64,000 bases of DNA from an uncultured delta proteobacterium (GTDB lineage Bacteria; Myxococcota_A; Polyangia; Polyangiales; JAFGIB01). Below are positions 1 through 9,456 of the stretch, in pieces; position 1 is the first letter of the stretch; each line of letters opens with the position of its first letter. The notes beneath the pieces were generated by a model. It was not told where the DNA came from. It ran no database searches and was given only the letters and a program-made list of their open reading frames with translations. The position numbers and the translations under genes were made by a program. The stretch is from NCBI GenBank assembly GCA_963778655.1, contig CAVZVA010000010.1, positions 64,001 through 128,000 of the forward strand, given 5' to 3'.

Positions 1-1374
1 GCAGGTCGTGGCAAGGCTGTCGCCTGGGTTGATGACGGCGTTCTCCGGATAGGAGTGTTGGTAGTTGAAGTCGAAGGGTTGGTCGTGCAGGGTTTCCTGC
101 GTTCCGTCCGCACGCGTGATGATGACCGTCATGCGATTGCCCTTCAGATGCATGTGCGGCATGGTCGAGATGATGTGAGCGGGCACGCCGCTCGTGGGCG
201 TGCAGGTCCCCGTGGCCACGGTGCCGTTGATCGCGTCGGTGCCGAGAAAGGCGATCGAGGCCACGTTGGCGGGCTTGGTCGGCGTCACGCATAGCTCGAC
301 CCCCGAGGCGTCGGGCGCGGGCGCACCGGTGGTGTTGTTGTGGTGGGTCTCGAGCGTATAGCCGACGTCGGAGGGCAGCTCGACACCCACGTCCGGATCG
401 AGATAGATGTCCGAGGCGCCCGGCGCCCAGCCGGTCACAAACTGCCCATCGGGGTGGGCTCCGGTCGAGCTCGAGATCGCGCCATCGGTGACCGCGGCGT
501 TGTCCTTGTAGAGGATCCAGTGGTGAATCGCCGCCATGTTGCCGATGACGGTCTTGAACGAGCGGCCATACATGATGCCTTGCCACGGCGCCATGAAGTC
601 GAAGTTGTTGTAGAGGTCCGGGGTGGTGGGCGTGGTGAACGGCTGTGTCTTGTCCCCGGGGTCGTGCGAGAGAAACTGGTAGCACTTCATCAGCGGGTCG
701 TTGTACTCGATCGGGTCCGGCGACTCGCCGCCCATATGCGTGGCGGGCATCGCGCCCCCCCCCGCTCCCGCGGCGCCGGAGGCGCCGGTGCTGCCGCTGC
801 CCGCAGGCGTGATCGCGCAGGGCTGTGCGCTCGGCAGGGCGCCTCCGTTGACCCAGTCGTTGAGCGCTTGCAGCTCGTTCGCGCTCAGCGCCGTGCCCGA
901 AGCCGGGGGCATGCGCCTGCTCACCTCGGTCGCGTTGATGCGCGCGGGAATCATCTGGTAGACGAGCTTGCTCGCGTCGCTCTTGGCTGGCGCGTGGAAA
1001 TCCGCATAGGTCATCAGCGACATCGGCGCGCCGAACGCGGGTGGATTGGTGTGACAGGTGGTGCAGTGCGTGCTGACGACCGTTGCCACCTCGCAGGGCA
1101 CGCCGCCGCTGATCGGCGCGCCGGCCCCGGCGCCGCCGGTTACGGTCGGAGCGGTGGTCGGGGCGGACATCGGCCCCGCGCCGGAGCCTGCCGCGATCCC
1201 GCCGGCGGCCGGCGCGCCGCTGGGCTGCCCAACCACGGCCGTGCCCGGGTTACCTTGCCCCATGCTTTGGCCGCGCCCCGCGCCGCCATCGCTGGCGCCA
1301 CAACCGCAAAGCAACGCGATCAGCACGATCAGCGGCCATGATGGCCACGGGCTGAGCCTATCGGTTCCGCGCAT
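1..1374 (-). CDS. Lipoprotein with c-type heme motif fused to a copper type II ascorbate-dependent monooxygenase (PHM/DBH-like) domain; runs off the left edge
   Basis: Not in the ORF track; translated by hand. MRGTDRLSPWPSWPLIVLIALLCGC (lipobox-like), CTTCH, IHHWILY, GWAPG, LETHHNN, DASG, MPHMHLKG, PFDFNYQ, GDSLATTC. GGAG lies upstream of the ATG. Confidence 0.85.
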   Translation of the reverse strand, partial: MRGTDRLSPWPSWPLIVLIALLCGCGASDGGAGRGQSMGQGNPGTAVVGQPSGAPAAGGIAAGSGAGPMSAPTTAPTVTGGAGAGAPISGGVPCEVATVVSTHCTTCHTNPPAFGAPMSLMTYADFHAPAKSDASKLVYQMIPARINATEVSRRMPPASGTALSANELQALNDWVNGGALPSAQPCAITPAGSGSTGASGAAGAGGGAMPATHMGGESPDPIEYNDPLMKCYQFLSHDPGDKTQPFTTPTTPDLYNNFDFMAPWQGIMYGRSFKTVIGNMAAIHHWILYKDNAAVTDGAISSSTGAHPDGQFVTGWAPGASDIYLDPDVGVELPSDVGYTLETHHNNTTGAPAPDASGVELCVTPTKPANVASIAFLGTDAINGTVATGTCTPTSGVPAHIISTMPHMHLKGNRMTVIITRADGTQETLHDQPFDFNYQHSYPENAVINPGDSLATTC

Positions 1375-1846
1375 GGGCCGTCTCCATCAAGCGGTGTGCG
1401 AGGCGCGCGCCAACTGATCTACAGACAGAAGCAGCAAGACAAAGACAAGCGAGCCACGAGACGCGCCCACCTCGGCCGCAAATCCGCTATTCACCTCGTC
1501 GCGCGGCCTTCGCACACTGACACTGCGGCCGATTCGAGCTCGCATGGCGCACCTAACCCGCCGTGCCGACCGCCTCATTGCTGCAAGGGTACAACCATCG
1601 CGCGCAACAGCAAGAACGAATCCACCTTGCAGCGTCGGCGAAGGAGGCCTCGAGCAAGCCCTGGCGCTCAAAGGGGGCATTGGGGGACGCTCGCGGGCCA
1701 CACGCGCGGCCAACCGGGGTACAGGCGCGCAGCGCGCAGGCCGCGCGGTGCGGCGCTTAAACCGATCACGTATAAGCTAATGGGAGCTCGGCTCGCGCGC
1801 GGGGCGAGGATCTGTTCGGCAAAGCGCGCGGCGAGAGGCTCGCCGT

Positions 1847-2932
1847 TCACACCAGCAGCACGTTGCCCTCGCGCCGCAAGCGCACGTCCATCGGAGCGCT
1901 GATCGTGGACAGCCCTCCGGTGGCCTGCAGCAACGCTCGCGCCGACGTCAGCGCGTCGCCCTCGAGCGCGCGAAAGCAATCGTAGGGCCGTTGCCAGCGC
2001 CAGAGATTGAAAGGATAGATGCGCCGGGTTCCGGTAACACCCTCGACGGTAAAGCTGTGCTCGCCGATCGTCCGCCGCAGGCGCCCGGTCTGGGTCTGCG
2101 CGAGCTGGGACAGGGCGTGCATCGTGCTGAGCAGCACGGGCCCTTGCTCGCGAAACATCCTTGCCAGGACGGGCTCGAGCGTCTGGGGCACCTGGTCGCC
2201 GGACAAGAAATCGCCGGAGCGCGGTGCGGGCCGAATCATGCGCTCGACCCAAGCCGCCACGCGTGGGGCGCGCTGGCGCATGAGCCGGCCGGAATAAGGA
2301 TCGCGATAGAGATGCGCGTAGAGCGGGCCGATCAGACCGAAGTCCCCGATCGAAGGGCGCCCACCGAGCAGGTATGGATGTTGCGCGAAGTGCGCATCGA
2401 GCTCGCCCAGCAGCCCGAGGTAGCTCTGCTCGATGGCCGCGGCAGTGGCTTCGGTGACCCCGAGCATGGGTAGCGCGCCCGCAAACGGCTTCGCGACCAT
2501 CTCTCCGATCGCGAGTTGCTGTTCCGGCGTTGCGTCGGACCCGGCGAGCGCGCCGAATTCCCGGACGGCAAAGGCGCGGTTTTCAGGGAAGCTCCAGCGG
2601 TAGTGCATCGCCGGGATCACCAGCCATTCGTCGCCGTAGACTTCGAGCAGCAGCGCGACCAGTCGCTGCAGCGGTCCGCTCGGATAGACGCTCGCTTCCG
2701 GCTCGCGCTCTTCCAAGAAGTCGATGATGGCGGTCGAGTCCTGCACCGCGACGTCGTCGTCGGAGATCAAGACCGGGATGAAACGCACACCGGTACGGGG
2801 CACGATGACGTTCGCGTACACCTCCGGCGTGGCCAGGACCTCGTCGAACTCGATGCCTTTGAAGCGCAGGTAGGCGCGCACTTTTCCGGTGTAAAGCGAG
2901 ACCTCGGCGCCGATCAGCTGCTGTCTTGACAT
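1847..2932 (-). CDS. Glutathione S-transferase family protein
   Basis: MSRQQLIGAEVSLYTGKVRAYLRFKG, FIPVL, VQDSTAIIDFLE, PYLLGGRPSIGDFGL. Confidence 0.9.
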   Translation of the reverse strand: MSRQQLIGAEVSLYTGKVRAYLRFKGIEFDEVLATPEVYANVIVPRTGVRFIPVLISDDDVAVQDSTAIIDFLEEREPEASVYPSGPLQRLVALLLEVYGDEWLVIPAMHYRWSFPENRAFAVREFGALAGSDATPEQQLAIGEMVAKPFAGALPMLGVTEATAAAIEQSYLGLLGELDAHFAQHPYLLGGRPSIGDFGLIGPLYAHLYRDPYSGRLMRQRAPRVAAWVERMIRPAPRSGDFLSGDQVPQTLEPVLARMFREQGPVLLSTMHALSQLAQTQTGRLRRTIGEHSFTVEGVTGTRRIYPFNLWRWQRPYDCFRALEGDALTSARALLQATGGLSTISAPMDVRLRREGNVLLV

Positions 2933-2955
2933 GGCTCTCACGCGGCTCGATTCGC

Positions 2956-4344
2956 TCAGTGTACGTCGGGCAGGCTGCCGTCGGCGTTGCGCTGCGCCGC
3001 AATCGCAGCGCTGGCCGACATGGTCACCGTGAGCGCACCCGTGCTCGAGAGCGAGCAGAACGTGCCCTTTCCGTTGCCCTGACCGCCGCACATCGAGAGC
3101 TGCGGAACGTCCGGGTTGTTGTTGCGCACGAAGCCGCACGCGAGGTTCGAGATCGACGCGCAGTCTGTGACCATGTGCACGGCGCCGCCCTCATTGGGGT
3201 CGCCCAACGCAGGCGCGCCGCCCAGCTTGAATCCGTTGCCGTCGCCGTTGGGGTTGCTCTGCGTGGAGCTGATCTTGCCGTTCTCGATCGCCCAGCAGTG
3301 ATCGATCACCACCACGTCGTCTGCGGCGAACAGGTCCCAGCCGTCGTCCGCGTTGTGCCAAGCCCGACAACCGCGGAACACGTTGCCCGCGCCGATGTGG
3401 AGCTTGGCCGCAAACCCGTCGGCGTTCTCGCCGCCGTTGGCGGCGTCGTAGTTCTCGTAGGAGTCGCAGTTCAGGACTGTGTTGTGCGCGGCCCGCGTGG
3501 GGTCGCTGGCCTCCGAGCCGTCGGCGGTGATCTGCAGCCCGGTGTCGTCGCAGCCGTGGATCACGACCTGCTCGACGGTATTGTGCGAGCCCGAGATGTG
3601 GACGCAGTTGTCACCGGCGTTCTCGAGCTCGAGCCCGCGCAGATGCCAGTACTGGCCGGAAAGCTCGAGCCCGCGCGCCGAGCTCGTGTCGCGCGGCTCC
3701 TCGGAAAAGTCGAAGACCGGCCGAGCGCCGGGCGCGGCGAACAGGTTGAAGGGGCTCTGCTCGCCGCCGGTCTTCTGGAGGTTCACGGTCTTGTCGAACG
3801 CGTAGGTTCCTGCCTTCACCCAGATGGTCGTGCCGGCCGTCGCGCGGTCGTGCGCCGCTGCCAGCCCGCGCAGCGGGGCGCTCTCGGTGCCGGGATTGGC
3901 GTCGTCGCCATCGGGTGCGATCCACAACGCGGGCCCGCTCTGCCCGGCATCGACCGCAGCGGCGGCATCACCCTGGCCGGTGACGGCGGCGTCGCCCGGG
4001 TTGCCGGGCGGGACACTGGCGTCGGAACGGCTGCCTGCGCCCGCGGCGCCGTTGGTACCCGCATCGGGCCCGGCGAATCCGTCCGCGCCTCCGGTGACTG
4101 CGCCCCCGCCGGCCCCGCCCGCGCTGTCACCGGCCATCGCGCCGCCCGTCCCTGCTGCCGGGGTGCCGCCGGTGCCTGCGGCTGTGCTCGGCGGTACACC
4201 TGCGCCCTGAGCCGTTTGGTCGGGCGTCGTCCCCAGCCGGTTCGAGGACCCGGGATTGGCGCTACACGCCGCAGCCATCACGCCGACGGCCAGCCCGAGC
4301 CCGAAGTGAAGGCTGAAGGGCGACCGATTGTTGCCTGCAGTCAT
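2956..4344 (-). CDS. Lipoprotein with right-handed beta-helix polysaccharide lyase family 9 (PelL-like) domain
   Basis: Lipobox MAAAC, Gly/Ala linker, then ENADGFAAK, GNVFRGCRAWHNADDGWDLF, GDGNGFKLGG. Confidence 0.85.
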   Translation of the reverse strand: MTAGNNRSPFSLHFGLGLAVGVMAAACSANPGSSNRLGTTPDQTAQGAGVPPSTAAGTGGTPAAGTGGAMAGDSAGGAGGGAVTGGADGFAGPDAGTNGAAGAGSRSDASVPPGNPGDAAVTGQGDAAAAVDAGQSGPALWIAPDGDDANPGTESAPLRGLAAAHDRATAGTTIWVKAGTYAFDKTVNLQKTGGEQSPFNLFAAPGARPVFDFSEEPRDTSSARGLELSGQYWHLRGLELENAGDNCVHISGSHNTVEQVVIHGCDDTGLQITADGSEASDPTRAAHNTVLNCDSYENYDAANGGENADGFAAKLHIGAGNVFRGCRAWHNADDGWDLFAADDVVVIDHCWAIENGKISSTQSNPNGDGNGFKLGGAPALGDPNEGGAVHMVTDCASISNLACGFVRNNNPDVPQLSMCGGQGNGKGTFCSLSSTGALTVTMSASAAIAAQRNADGSLPDVH

Positions 4345-4581
4345 GGCGATGACTCCTCGCGACAGTCGTGCTGCAGTCCACTACAAACGGGTCACGAGCG
4401 AGACCGCTTACCCCGGCGGTTGAGCGCGCCGCCCGCCCAGATCGAGACCGCGCTGCGAGTCGCCTGGTGCCGCGAGATGCGCCGGCGGTCAGCGAGCTCG
4501 GAATGCCCAACCGGGGAAGCGGCCCACTCGTCGACCGAGCATTCGACGCAGGCCGAGGTGAGCGCTTCCTTTGACGAGTAG

Positions 4582-4785
4582 CTAGTCATGGATCTGATTA
4601 CTGTCAATACTCCCCAAGGGCACCGGGGCCGATCCGCTTGCGCGCGTAGAGAACGGCCGCCCCTGGGTCGTTCCTGCGGGCTCGAACACGTATGCGGCAC
4701 CGCCGTTGGTGAGGACGTCGCTGCTCGTTGCCGGGTCGACGCCCGCAGCGGCGCTGTTTTCGCCCGGCGCGCCGACCGCGGCCAC
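4582..4785 (-). pseudogene. Isolated FG-GAP (integrin-alpha-like) repeat remnant
   Basis: VAAVGAPGENSAAAGVD...NGGAAYVFE matches one FG-GAP repeat; the rest of the propeller is absent. Confidence 0.55.
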
Positions 4786-4883
4786 GAAAGCGCCGATGCA
4801 GGCGACGTTTCGACCAGGGCGTGCTACCCAGATGTAAGGTGGGACGTTCGCCGGGGCGCGGCGGCCCCTTGTGAGCCCGGGCC

Positions 4884-6017
4884 ATGGTCGGAGACGTCAA
4901 GCGAGCGATCGGAGCGGCATGCATGCTCGCGTGCCTGGTCGGGTGCGGGGCCGACCCCCAAGGCGCCTCGCAACGCGGTGGGCCCGCGACCGCCACTGGC
5001 GGTGCTCCTGCAAGCGGAAGCGGCCCGGCTGTCGGCGGCGGTTCGGACGCGTTCGGAAACGCAACCGCGGCGACCGGCGGCGGCGGCGCGAGCGGCAGCG
5101 GCGACGGCGCCGGACCGGTCGTCGCCCCGGGTGACCCCCAGTGCGGCGGCGACACCTACGACGCCCAGGCGCGACCGCTCGATATCTACGTGATGATGGA
5201 CGAATCGCTGTCGATGGTCGTTCCCACCGACTTGTGGACCCCTGTTACCACGGCGCTCAACCAGTTCTTCACCAATCCCCAGACCGCTGGCATCGGCGTC
5301 GGCATCCAGTTCTTCTCCGGCGGTTGCGACGTCGCGCCGTACCAGACGCCGCTGGTGGACGTGGCGGATCTGCCCGGCAATGCGGCCGCCTTGCAGTCCG
5401 CGATGGCGGCGCAGGTGCCGTCGCTCGGCACGGCGACCACGGCCGCCCTGCAAGGTGCGATCGCGTTCGCGCGAGCACGCCAGATGCAGATGCCGGACCG
5501 CAAACAGGCCGTGCTGCTGGTCACCGACGGCGAGCCCGCAGGGTGCGGCTCCACGCTCGACAACGCGTCGGCCGCGGCAGCCGACGGTTTGAACGGAATC
5601 CCGTCGATCCCGACCTACGTCCTCGGCATCGGCAACGTGGACGGGCTCAACCAAATGGCGGCGGCGGGTGGCACCGGCGACGCGTTTCTCGTGGACGACC
5701 CTACACAGGTTCAGGGCGTGGTCGACGCGATCAACCAGATCCGCTCCCAGGCCTTGCCGTGCGAGTACGCGATCCCCGAAAGCAGCGGCGGCTTCGACAA
5801 GACGCTCGTGAACTTGAGCTGGTCGCACGACGGCAGCACGACGCTCGTGCCGTACGTGGGCGACGCTATGAAGTGCGATGCGGCGCAGGGCGGCTGGTAC
5901 TACGACCATCCCGATGTGCCGATGGAGCTCGTGGCCTGCTCGCAGACATGCGACCAGCTGCGCGCGGGCGGCAGCGTGAGCGTGGTGCTCGGCTGCCCGC
6001 GGGTCGTGCCCGAGTGA
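4884..6017 (+). CDS. VWA (MIDAS) domain lipoprotein
   Basis: Lipobox LVGC; DESLSM (DxSxS), LLVTDGEP, TYVLGIG; Cys-containing C-terminal domain. Confidence 0.85.
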   Translation: MVGDVKRAIGAACMLACLVGCGADPQGASQRGGPATATGGAPASGSGPAVGGGSDAFGNATAATGGGGASGSGDGAGPVVAPGDPQCGGDTYDAQARPLDIYVMMDESLSMVVPTDLWTPVTTALNQFFTNPQTAGIGVGIQFFSGGCDVAPYQTPLVDVADLPGNAAALQSAMAAQVPSLGTATTAALQGAIAFARARQMQMPDRKQAVLLVTDGEPAGCGSTLDNASAAAADGLNGIPSIPTYVLGIGNVDGLNQMAAAGGTGDAFLVDDPTQVQGVVDAINQIRSQALPCEYAIPESSGGFDKTLVNLSWSHDGSTTLVPYVGDAMKCDAAQGGWYYDHPDVPMELVACSQTCDQLRAGGSVSVVLGCPRVVPE

Positions 6018-6628
6018 CGAGCGGACACGCTTCGCTCGGAGGTCGCGCTCGAGGACGCGGATACGGCGCTCCAAAACGCCAACTCTCCCGCCACGCGCTC
6101 GCTTCACCGTAGAGCCGATCTCAATACCCGGCGTGGCCGGATTTCGGAGCGCGACGGTGCTGGATGCAAGGCGCGCGACCGATGCAATACTTCTTGACAT
6201 TTCGAGTGTCGCGCAACGCCGCAGGCGGCGCTGTCCCGCCCGGAAGGCGGTCGCGGAGGGTTTTGAGCGCCGCTGCGGCGAGAGCACAAATTGCATCCCC
6301 GACCGCGCGCCACAGAACCGACCTCGGCGCGACGGATGGCCGCTTCAGTCGAGCTCGCCCATTGCAACCATGGCGAAGTCGCCTCCCGCGGTCGGGACAC
6401 CCCTCGGTCACCAAAGGTCATCAACGGTTACCGCTTTAGGGCCGCAGCCCGCCGTAGAGTCCCCGTCGAGTGGCGCGTCCGCGGGCCGCGCGGACGCGCG
6501 CGACATTGCTTGGACATCATGTTCGGACACGGAATTCGGGGCCCACAGCGACCTGCTCGAGAGTCCTACGTCCTCGTCACGAGGGTCGCAGCGCCGTTCC
6601 CGCCGTCCATTGCGATCTCGAGAGCGCG

Positions 6629-7837
6629 ATGAAAGATCCAGCCGGAGCCAGTCATATCGTGACCTTGACCAGCGTGGCCGAGCTGCGCACGCCGGCCGCG
6701 GCGGCCAGCGCCGCCGCTATGCGCGACCGCGGCAACGACCAGAGCGAGGTCATAATTCGCGACCCCGCCATGCAGAGGCTGTACGCAGACGCGGCTCGCG
6801 CGGCACGAGGCCGGCTGCCGGTCCTCGTGCTCGGCGAAACCGGTGTCGGCAAAGAACACGTCGCACAGGCGGTTCATCGCGCCTCGTCGCGTGCCAACCG
6901 GCCGCTGGTCGCGGTCAATTGCGCCGCCATAGCACCGTCCCTACTCGAAAGCACGCTGTTCGGGCACGAACGGGGCGCGTTCACCAGCGCAAACCAACGT
7001 AGCATCGGCGTCTTCGAGCGCGCGTGTGGTGGAACTCTGTTTCTCGATGAGGTCGGAGAGCTGAGCGCCAGCGCCCAGAGCGCGCTGCTCCGCGCAATCG
7101 AGACCCAGAAAGTCACGCGTCTCGGGTCTGCTTCGGAGGTCGAGGTGGACGCGCACGTAATCGCCGCAACTCATTGCGATCTCGAAGCCATGGTCGACCG
7201 TGGCAGCTTCCGCCAGGACCTGTTCTTCAGGCTCAATGGGATCCGCCTCGATGTGCCGCCCCTGCGGGAGCGGCCCGACGAGATCGAGCCGCTTGCGCGA
7301 TCGTTCTTGGATCGGGCCTGTCGTGACTCGGAGCTGGCGGCGCGCGAGCTCTCCGCCGAAGCGCTGGCCGTCTTGCGGCGCTACCCCTGGCCCGGCAACG
7401 TTCGCGAGCTGCGCTACGCAATCGAGCGCGCGGCCCTGCTCGCAAGCGGCGTGCGAATCATGCCCGCTGATTTCCCGGGCTACCTGACCGGCAATCGCGT
7501 ACCGGCGGGCTGCGCGCCGGTGCTCTCGGTCCTGGACGGGGAGCTCGGGTTGAGATGCCAGCTGCGACGCTACGAACGCGCGCTGGTGGACGAAGCGCTG
7601 CGCCGCGCCGGCGGCGACCGACAAGCTGCAGCGAAGTTGTTGCGCATACCGCTGCGCACCCTGTTTCGCAAGCTGCGTGCGTATGCGCCTCCGGGTGGCG
7701 GCCGGCGGGACAGCCAAGACGAGGTCGCTTCTGCCCCTGGCAAGGCGACAAGGACACTTCAGCCCGTGTCTCCAGAACCGCTTGATCGAGCGCTCGGACG
7801 ACTATGGGACGGCCACCGGGCGCGTTCTACGCCGTAG
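6629..7837 (+). CDS. Sigma-54-dependent transcriptional activator (AAA+ and Fis-type HTH)
   Basis: GETGVGKE Walker A, ESTLFGHERGAFTSA, LFLDEVGEL, FRQDLFFRLN, WPGNVREL, AAKLLRIPLRTLFRKL. Start uncertain. Confidence 0.9.
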   Translation: MKDPAGASHIVTLTSVAELRTPAAAASAAAMRDRGNDQSEVIIRDPAMQRLYADAARAARGRLPVLVLGETGVGKEHVAQAVHRASSRANRPLVAVNCAAIAPSLLESTLFGHERGAFTSANQRSIGVFERACGGTLFLDEVGELSASAQSALLRAIETQKVTRLGSASEVEVDAHVIAATHCDLEAMVDRGSFRQDLFFRLNGIRLDVPPLRERPDEIEPLARSFLDRACRDSELAARELSAEALAVLRRYPWPGNVRELRYAIERAALLASGVRIMPADFPGYLTGNRVPAGCAPVLSVLDGELGLRCQLRRYERALVDEALRRAGGDRQAAAKLLRIPLRTLFRKLRAYAPPGGGRRDSQDEVASAPGKATRTLQPVSPEPLDRALGRLWDGHRARSTP

Positions 7838-8018
7838 GCGTCTCGGCGGCAGGTTCAATTTCTACTATCGGGCGGCCGCACGAGCGCACGATCCAGGGTT
7901 GGCACACCACGGGGGGCTTGGCTTTACGAGCCTGCGCGAAACGTTCCCTGCGAGGTCGCGGCTTCCGCGGTTGTGCCCGGGGCCTTCAGGAAGGTCTGAT
8001 TCCTTCCGTGCTTCCGCG

Positions 8019-9443
8019 TCAGCGCTCCAGGATATGGATGCACATCGCGGCTTCTTCGTTACCGAGCGCCCCGCCGCCGTTTTCGGCCAGTGCTAGCCGA
8101 ACGCCCTGTACCTGGCGCGGGCCAGCCTCGCCCCGCAGCTGCGTGACCAGCTCGTGAATCTGAGAAAGCCCGGAGGCGCCAATCGGGTGGCCGCGCGAGA
8201 GCAGGCCGCCCGACGGGTTGACCGGTAGCTTGCCGCCCAGACGGGTGTCGCCGCGCTCCGCTGCGACGCCGCCCTGCCCTTTGGGGAAGAAGCCGAGCGC
8301 TTCGGTCTGATGCAGCTCGCCGAAGGCGGTGGCATCGTGGACTTCTGCACAACCGATGTCACCGGGACCGACACTCGCCCGGTCGTAGGCGAGCTTGGCA
8401 AGCCGCCCGCCGATGTCCGGCTCGTCCGGCAGCCGGTCGTGGCCGGAGCCGAGCACCGAGGCGCGCACGCGCACCGCGCGCTGCCGCAGCCCGAAGCGGT
8501 CAACGGCATGCTCGCTCATCAAGATCGCCGCCGCAGAGCCGTCGCCGATCGGCGCGCACATCGCACGCGTCAGCGGCGGCGCGACCACACGGTCGGCCAG
8601 CACCTCTTCAGGCGTGACCTCGAAGCAATACTGCGCGTTCGGATTCATCGAGGAGTGCCAGTGGTTCTTCGAGGCGATCACCGCCAGCTGGCGCGCCGTG
8701 CTGCCGTACTTGCGCATGTGCTCGCGCGCGACGAAGGCGTAGATGTCCATGAAGGGCGAGTGATCGCCGCGGCCCCCCTTGCCGCGGCGCGAGCCGCTGC
8801 CGCCCCGACCTGCAGAGAACAGCGCCCGCAGCTGGCCGTAGCCGAGCGCCTCGCCGAGCTGGATGCCGACCACGGCTTGATCACGCAGGGTCTGCAGCCG
8901 CGCCCCAAACAGCTGGCGCGTACGCTGCTTGCGCTTGCGCGAAGCCTCGCTGGAAGGCCCGGCGTCGCGTGCGGGCGGCTCGACCGCATTGCCCTCTGCC
9001 GTGACGCGCGCAACACGTGCGGCCTCGGAGGCGGCCGCTTCGACGTCCGTTCCGGCGAGAAATCCGGCGAAGACGGCGTACTTGTTGCGCTGATAGAGCT
9101 TCTCGGCCCCGAGCGCGAGCGAGACGTCGTACAGCCCACACGCCACGTCTTTCCAGGCGCCATGCAGCGCGGTCGAGCCGCTGGCGCAGGCGTTTTCGAC
9201 GTTGGTGATCGGAATCCCGTCGATGCCGATCGGGCGCAGCGCAACCTGGCCGCGAATGCAGTGTTGGTAGCCGTTCAGGCCCCACGCCGAGTTCGAAAAC
9301 CACACTGATTGAAGCGCCTGTTTGTTCAGAGCGGCGTCCTCGAGCACGCCGTGCGCAGCTTCGGCCGCCAGCTGCTTCACGCTCAGCACCGGGTGCTTGC
9401 CGAACTTGCTGGTATAGACGCCGACGATGAATACGTCTCGCAC
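8019..9443 (-). CDS. Thiolase family protein (SCP-x/lipid-transfer type)
   Basis: NVENACASGS, EVHDAT, NPSGGLLSRGHPIGASG, ENGGG; GTG start after GGAGG. Confidence 0.92.
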   Translation of the reverse strand: MRDVFIVGVYTSKFGKHPVLSVKQLAAEAAHGVLEDAALNKQALQSVWFSNSAWGLNGYQHCIRGQVALRPIGIDGIPITNVENACASGSTALHGAWKDVACGLYDVSLALGAEKLYQRNKYAVFAGFLAGTDVEAAASEAARVARVTAEGNAVEPPARDAGPSSEASRKRKQRTRQLFGARLQTLRDQAVVGIQLGEALGYGQLRALFSAGRGGSGSRRGKGGRGDHSPFMDIYAFVAREHMRKYGSTARQLAVIASKNHWHSSMNPNAQYCFEVTPEEVLADRVVAPPLTRAMCAPIGDGSAAAILMSEHAVDRFGLRQRAVRVRASVLGSGHDRLPDEPDIGGRLAKLAYDRASVGPGDIGCAEVHDATAFGELHQTEALGFFPKGQGGVAAERGDTRLGGKLPVNPSGGLLSRGHPIGASGLSQIHELVTQLRGEAGPRQVQGVRLALAENGGGALGNEEAAMCIHILER

Positions 9444-9456
9444 CGTGCCCTCCTGC

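Noticed and set aside
4420..4581. Possible addiction-module antitoxin remnant (IETALRVAWCREMRRR)
   Set aside because: Similarity too weak, with no start or partner gene
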